From a virus (lineage: Duplodnaviria > Caudoviricetes): a stretch of 64,000 nucleotides of DNA. Under the pieces are notes generated by a model. That model was not told the origin of the DNA, made no database searches, and worked only from the letters and a program-made list of their open reading frames with translations. The stretch lies in the IMG/VR virus record IMGVR_UViG_3300025362_000477. One strand, written 5' to 3'. The position numbers were made by a program, and so were the translations under genes. The number at the start of each line of letters is the position of its first letter. Position 1 is the stretch's first letter. Positions 59,715 to 64,000 of this stretch are shown one piece after another.

Positions 59715-60600
59715 TTATATTCTCCAAGGTAGATTTAAATTCACTTATTACTAAATTTTTATTTTGTTCCCATTTATTCTTTTTAATTCTTATACACTTG
59801 AATCCATATTTCATATAATCCTCATCTTTCTGAATATCATAAGGTTTATATGTTTCATAATTATCAATAAAATGATGACGTTCATCAAATTCTATTACTA
59901 ATTTCAATTCTTCAATATACCCATCAGGAAAATATCCAATCATTCGTGGATTTCGAATTATTTTATATTGAGTATGTTTTTGTATCTCATTCAAACACGG
60001 ACGTTCCATATCACCAATATTTGGCATCAATGGTTCACCATTTAATTTTTGCATTTCAACTCTATTGATTGCTATATTTCTTAATTTCAAACGAACAGAA
60101 TATATTTGACTTGGATTTTCTACTCCATATTTATTCATGCATGTTTTCTTCTTTTTCTCTTTGATATATTTAGATTTATTAGGATTATCAACACCATATT
60201 TTTTTAAATATGAATATTTTTTTTTCTGTTTTATTTTTTCTAATTGATTTGGATTTTCTACTCCATATCTAAACATGCAAGTATCTTTTTGTTTCTGCCG
60301 AATCTCAATATTCTCACTTGGTGATCCACACCCAAATCTATCATAACAAGTTATTTTAAATTTATTCCGAACTATCAATGAATTTGAAGAACATTTATTA
60401 CTACAATATATTCGATAACCACTTACTATATTTTGATAGTATGTAGGATCCCCACATACAAGACATATATCTTCATTTTCTTTTTTAAGATATTTATCAT
60501 AATATTCTTTAGATGATAAATGATGTTTTTGTCTAAAATGAGAAACTAAACCTTTCACTAATTTAAATTCTTTACTGCAAATTTTACATTTAAGATCCAT
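59707..60600 (-). mobile_element. Homing endonuclease, YGVxN-repeat/EDxHD-like family
   Basis: KCKIC..HFRQKH, YGVEN repeats and YFPDGYIEELKLVIEFDERHH; overlaps both neighbours. Confidence 0.78.
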
Positions 60601-61708
60601 TCTTCTCTGCCATAGTAGCACCAAGATCCCCTAATTCACAAGCTCCACCAGAACATGCTTCTCCAGCACTACCAAATCCCAATGAACCATACTCATCCTC
60701 ATAACATTCTGACCAATCAATATCAACATAATCTCGTTTAAGATCACACCAAATTTTCCAGTTATGAACATCCTTTAAACAATAAGTCATCAAACGTTCA
60801 TTACCATCAAAATATCTTACAGCAAATTGTTTGGCCCTTCTTATCCATTCAATCTTATCAACATAATTAGATACTTCTGATTTCAACCATGCATTTAATA
60901 ACTTAATTGGAGATTTTGGGGAAAGTCCTAAAGCTATCCAATTAGCGCCATTCATCTGACAATCAGATTCAATCTTAATTTTCAATTTATTAGAATCTAA
61001 TATCTCCCCAACACCAAGAACACAATCACTAGCAGCCCATAAATCATTATTAAATGCGCGTAACCCATCCACTATCAACCCACTCGCGAACATAGAAGCG
61101 TTACCATGCATCCTAACCATTTCGTATGGAGTATATACCGCAGTGAAGGGTGCCTGTGGGTAATCCTTATCACCCGATACTGGAAGAAATGATATACCAG
61201 CAAACCACATTCTATTCCGATATACGAACTTTTCTACATCATCCCATTCATCGGGTCGAACATGGATAGTATTAGAAACATTATGTTTCAACCAAGGACG
61301 ATTTAATGAAGTATATCGGGTTCCGGCTTCTACCCAATTTTGTTGGGTAAGCCTAACATTTTCGAGTAATTCTAATGCACCTACAGTATTTTTTGTTTTT
61401 GCCCCATCAGGAACTTCACATAAGAAAGTAATAATTTTATCAGTATCAGACCATACTGATTGTTCAACTGCAGACGGATTAAATGTTTCAAAATATTGCA
61501 GTGGAGTTTCTATCTTATTCGATTGAACTCTTCTAAAATATCTCTTAGCATGATGAGGATGAATTCCAGACGCTGTTCCTAAAATACAACTTGTTGTATT
61601 ATGAGTCACTGTTCGATTAGATAATTGATATGTATGTGAACCGCCGACCTCAATGTCTACAGTCATTTGTTTCTTCTTATTCAATAATGGTTTTAATATA
61701 ATTTTCAT
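60590..61708 (-). CDS. nrdJ: Class II ribonucleotide reductase C-terminal fragment preceded by a split-intein C half
   Basis: 37-aa IntC ending VTHN, then TTSCILGTASGIHP..RYFRRVQ; C-terminal ACSGGAC; GGGGGA RBS before ATG 61708. Confidence 0.92.
   Translation of the reverse strand: MKIILKPLLNKKKQMTVDIEVGGSHTYQLSNRTVTHNTTSCILGTASGIHPHHAKRYFRRVQSNKIETPLQYFETFNPSAVEQSVWSDTDKIITFLCEVPDGAKTKNTVGALELLENVRLTQQNWVEAGTRYTSLNRPWLKHNVSNTIHVRPDEWDDVEKFVYRNRMWFAGISFLPVSGDKDYPQAPFTAVYTPYEMVRMHGNASMFASGLIVDGLRAFNNDLWAASDCVLGVGEILDSNKLKIKIESDCQMNGANWIALGLSPKSPIKLLNAWLKSEVSNYVDKIEWIRRAKQFAVRYFDGNERLMTYCLKDVHNWKIWCDLKRDYVDIDWSECYEDEYGSLGFGSAGEACSGGACELGDLGATMAEKNGS
61598..61708 (-). mobile_element. Split intein C half (IntC) of NrdJ
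   Basis: TVDIEVGGSHTYQLSNRTVTHN|T matches blocks F/G, with Thr at +1. Confidence 0.9.
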
Positions 61709-62747
61709 AAAATCCCCCGTCATTTAAGTTATAAAATTCTTGTTCCCATATAATTAACACATTATATCCCAATTCTTTCAATGTATCAATTCTTTTCTGA
61801 TCAGATTTCCATATATCAGAAGCTGTCATTTTCATAGTGGGATGATAAGAATCAGAATTCCATTGAAGTGGATTACAATGCCAATAATCTCCAAAAAATT
61901 CAATTATTGTATTGTAATCATCTAAAAAAATATCAACAAAATAAGACAATATTCGTTTAGAATCAGTATATCTTATATGATATTCATCCAATATTTTTAA
62001 AATTTCTTTCTCTGGTTTTGATTGGCTCCCTGATTTCCATATTTGAGATTTAACCATCTTTTCATATCTTTTAGTTCCCTCTTTTTCACCATATTTATCA
62101 ATAAAAAATACTAAATCATGAGTTGAATTTTTCTTCAATATCTCCGCAGCTTCTATTTCCGTATACCCCCGTTTGATCCAATACTGTTTATTGAAATAAC
62201 TATTAGTTCTTAGTTTTGAAATATATTTTAGATATCTTTCACACCCTTTAACATCCCCGTATCGATCAACAAATGAATTTAATGTCTGGGTAGATCTAAA
62301 AGAATGTTTTTTCTTAATATCTTTAATCTCTACATCATCGTATCCATTCAATCTCAATGATGCTTCACTAACTGATAATTTTTTATTTTTTTCTTTATAT
62401 CTCAATAATCCATCATCTTTACCATATTTATCAACATACCATTGAAGAGTACCCCGCTTTTTATAATTTAACAATACTTTATTCCATTTTTTCAATCCTA
62501 TTTCATCGCCAAACTTTCGAATATAATAATCTTTATCAAAACCTTTCAATGGTAATATATCATCTAAAGTATAAGTAGGCGGTAAAAATTGAAGATAAAA
62601 CTCAAAACAAGATGATTTTGGATTTCTATCTGGAAAATTTTTTTGTTTGAATTCTCGCATAGATATCTGCAAATCACATAATTTTTTAAATTTATCTAAT
62701 TCCAATTCAAACTCAGTAATTTTGTTTTTTGCTAGGATTACCTTCAT
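61677..62747 (-). mobile_element. Vsr-like homing endonuclease separating the nrdJ halves
   Basis: Repeated F.DKYG..EG..RY units; SKPEKE..VDIF..IIEFFGDYWH..D.KR..LGY.VLIIWE motif. Confidence 0.8.
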
Positions 62748-62807
62748 AAATTAAACCTCTGTTAAATTAATATAATTATATACTTTTAATTTAATTCATA
62801 TCATAAA

Positions 62808-63137
62808 TCAAAAAGATACTATATCATCACCGACATCCAATTCATCAGCACGCTTCCATAATCCATTAGTTAATTTAAACTTATGATTAGGAGTACATGT
62901 ATATATTGATCCATCTTCAAATGGAATATTGTACACATCAGATTCACCATTAACATATAATTTTGTAACCTTTTCCAATTCATCATTCTCATTATAAATA
63001 TATAATGGATATTTCAAATCTAACCATATATCTGATTGATTTTCATAATCCTTTAAATCATAACCCTGTTCATTAAATATGAGTTCTAAACTCTTATCAC
63101 CATCAATAGTTCTAACTTCACTATCTATAGAAAGACA
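62808..63137 (-). mobile_element. Split intein N half (IntN, 109 aa) of NrdJ
   Basis: CLSIDSEV (block A), CTPNHKF (block B), WKRADELDVGDDI; then a stop codon. Confidence 0.92.
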
Positions 63138-64000
63138 TCCCGCTGGTTTAACGCAAGTTGCTCTAGCACATTTATTAATCCCAAGAATAGCAGATATCCG
63201 CTCATTCTCAGATAATATTAATTTAGCTCCTTGTCTTTGTAATTTAGGATCAAATGCAATTTCAGGAACATCGGACATACCAGTCATTGATACACCAAGT
63301 AAAGCTTCTTTCTCTGCAATAAGATGACTCACCTCACCAAGATAATCAAATTGAGTATATTTAGCTTGAATAGTGCCAAGAATAGCTCCTGCCTTACACG
63401 CTTCTAAAAATCGTTCTGGACTAGTAGCTTTTTTAAGATTAATTTCACATAAGTTACAAAATTGCCATCCAGATAGAATATCATTATTACCCTGAATTCT
63501 AATTTCATCAGCAAATTTCACTCTAAGTTCATCTGTCAAATCAAGTTTAGCAAACATACCAATTTCAACACATGGATTATATAAAGCATCAACATTATCA
63601 GCCCACACAAATCCAGGTTCACCAAATTCTTTAACTCTATGCATCAATTTTGAAAATGTTTCTCTATCAGTACCATTTCTAATTAGAACAGCTGAATTAT
63701 TAGATCTAGCTCTATGTTTAAATTCTTTTCTCCATGATCCAGTCTTTGAATCTGCCATTTCATCATCTTCTGGTGAGAATAAACAAATGGTTGCACTACG
63801 TCTAATACCTCCTGATAATACTGCTTCTGAAGAATGCATTATAATATCATAAGCATTAATTGGCTTCAGTTTATCTTGATGTTTAGAACATATATCCATT
63901 AAATGAGCAATAGCATCTAAAGATTCATGCAATTTATCTGGACCCGGAGCCTTAGCCCCTGACGATAACGGTGAACCTTTTGGTCTAATTTCACTATAAT
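62808..64000 (-). CDS. nrdJ: Class II (B12-dependent, monomeric type) ribonucleotide reductase N-terminal fragment, 5'-truncated by the window edge
   Basis: EIRPKG..APGP continues in frame to the window end; SGGIRRSA, SNNS, GEPG, NPCVEI, CNLCE and TCVKPAG motifs precede the intein Cys1. Confidence 0.93.
   Translation of the reverse strand, partial: YSEIRPKGSPLSSGAKAPGPDKLHESLDAIAHLMDICSKHQDKLKPINAYDIIMHSSEAVLSGGIRRSATICLFSPEDDEMADSKTGSWRKEFKHRARSNNSAVLIRNGTDRETFSKLMHRVKEFGEPGFVWADNVDALYNPCVEIGMFAKLDLTDELRVKFADEIRIQGNNDILSGWQFCNLCEINLKKATSPERFLEACKAGAILGTIQAKYTQFDYLGEVSHLIAEKEALLGVSMTGMSDVPEIAFDPKLQRQGAKLILSENERISAILGINKCARATCVKPAGCLSIDSEVRTIDGDKSLELIFNEQGYDLKDYENQSDIWLDLKYPLYIYNENDELEKVTKLYVNGESDVYNIPFEDGSIYTCTPNHKFKLTNGLWKRADELDVGDDIVSF

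Noticed and set aside
218-63327. Short opposite-strand ORFs in the track (e.g. 218-484, 2151-2345, 4147-4440, 14754-14987, 29706-30092, 57860-58057, 63079-63327) and same-strand alternate-frame ORFs (27188-27436, 56543-56746, 57172-57444)
   Set aside because: They are shadows of well-supported genes, with no RBS or motifs.
1-64000. Stop-codon reassignment (alternative genetic code)
   Set aside because: Long conserved genes are intact under code 11 and end at TAA, TAG and TGA. Only one tiny ORF has an internal TGA.
1-64000. Bacterial chromosome (rpoBC, gyrAB, recA, tmk present)
   Set aside because: The gene order (rpoC before rpoB), absence of ribosomal protein genes, short GyrA, highly divergent RNAP and adjacent baseplate/tail genes indicate a phage.

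Overview
A very AT-rich, densely coding, almost entirely minus-strand segment of a large (jumbo-type) tailed phage genome. It carries T4-like core genes: a UvsX recombinase, a UvsW-like helicase, type IIA topoisomerase A and B, and gp5- and gp53-like baseplate proteins. It also encodes its own uninterrupted multisubunit RNA polymerase beta and beta' genes, a class II ribonucleotide reductase, dCMP deaminase, thymidylate kinase, QueD, a CCA-adding enzyme, three tRNAs plus an orphan tRNA 3' half, tail-fibre/adhesin genes, an amidase endolysin and an actin-fold ATPase. The standout feature is that two essential genes, topoisomerase B (gyrB-like) and nrdJ, are each fractured into two separately initiated ORFs. 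Each pair carries the halves of a naturally split intein, with a free-standing Vsr/EDxHD-type homing endonuclease gene between the halves. Eight putative homing endonuclease genes occur in 64 kb, five of them from one expanded family. Other notable items are a triplicated gene family with a conserved N-terminus and variable Lys/Ala-rich tails, a tandem pair of M48-like zinc proteases, three exported proteins next to the endolysin, and three indel-type reading-frame anomalies that may be biological or assembly errors. All calls come from reading motifs by eye; no searches were run.
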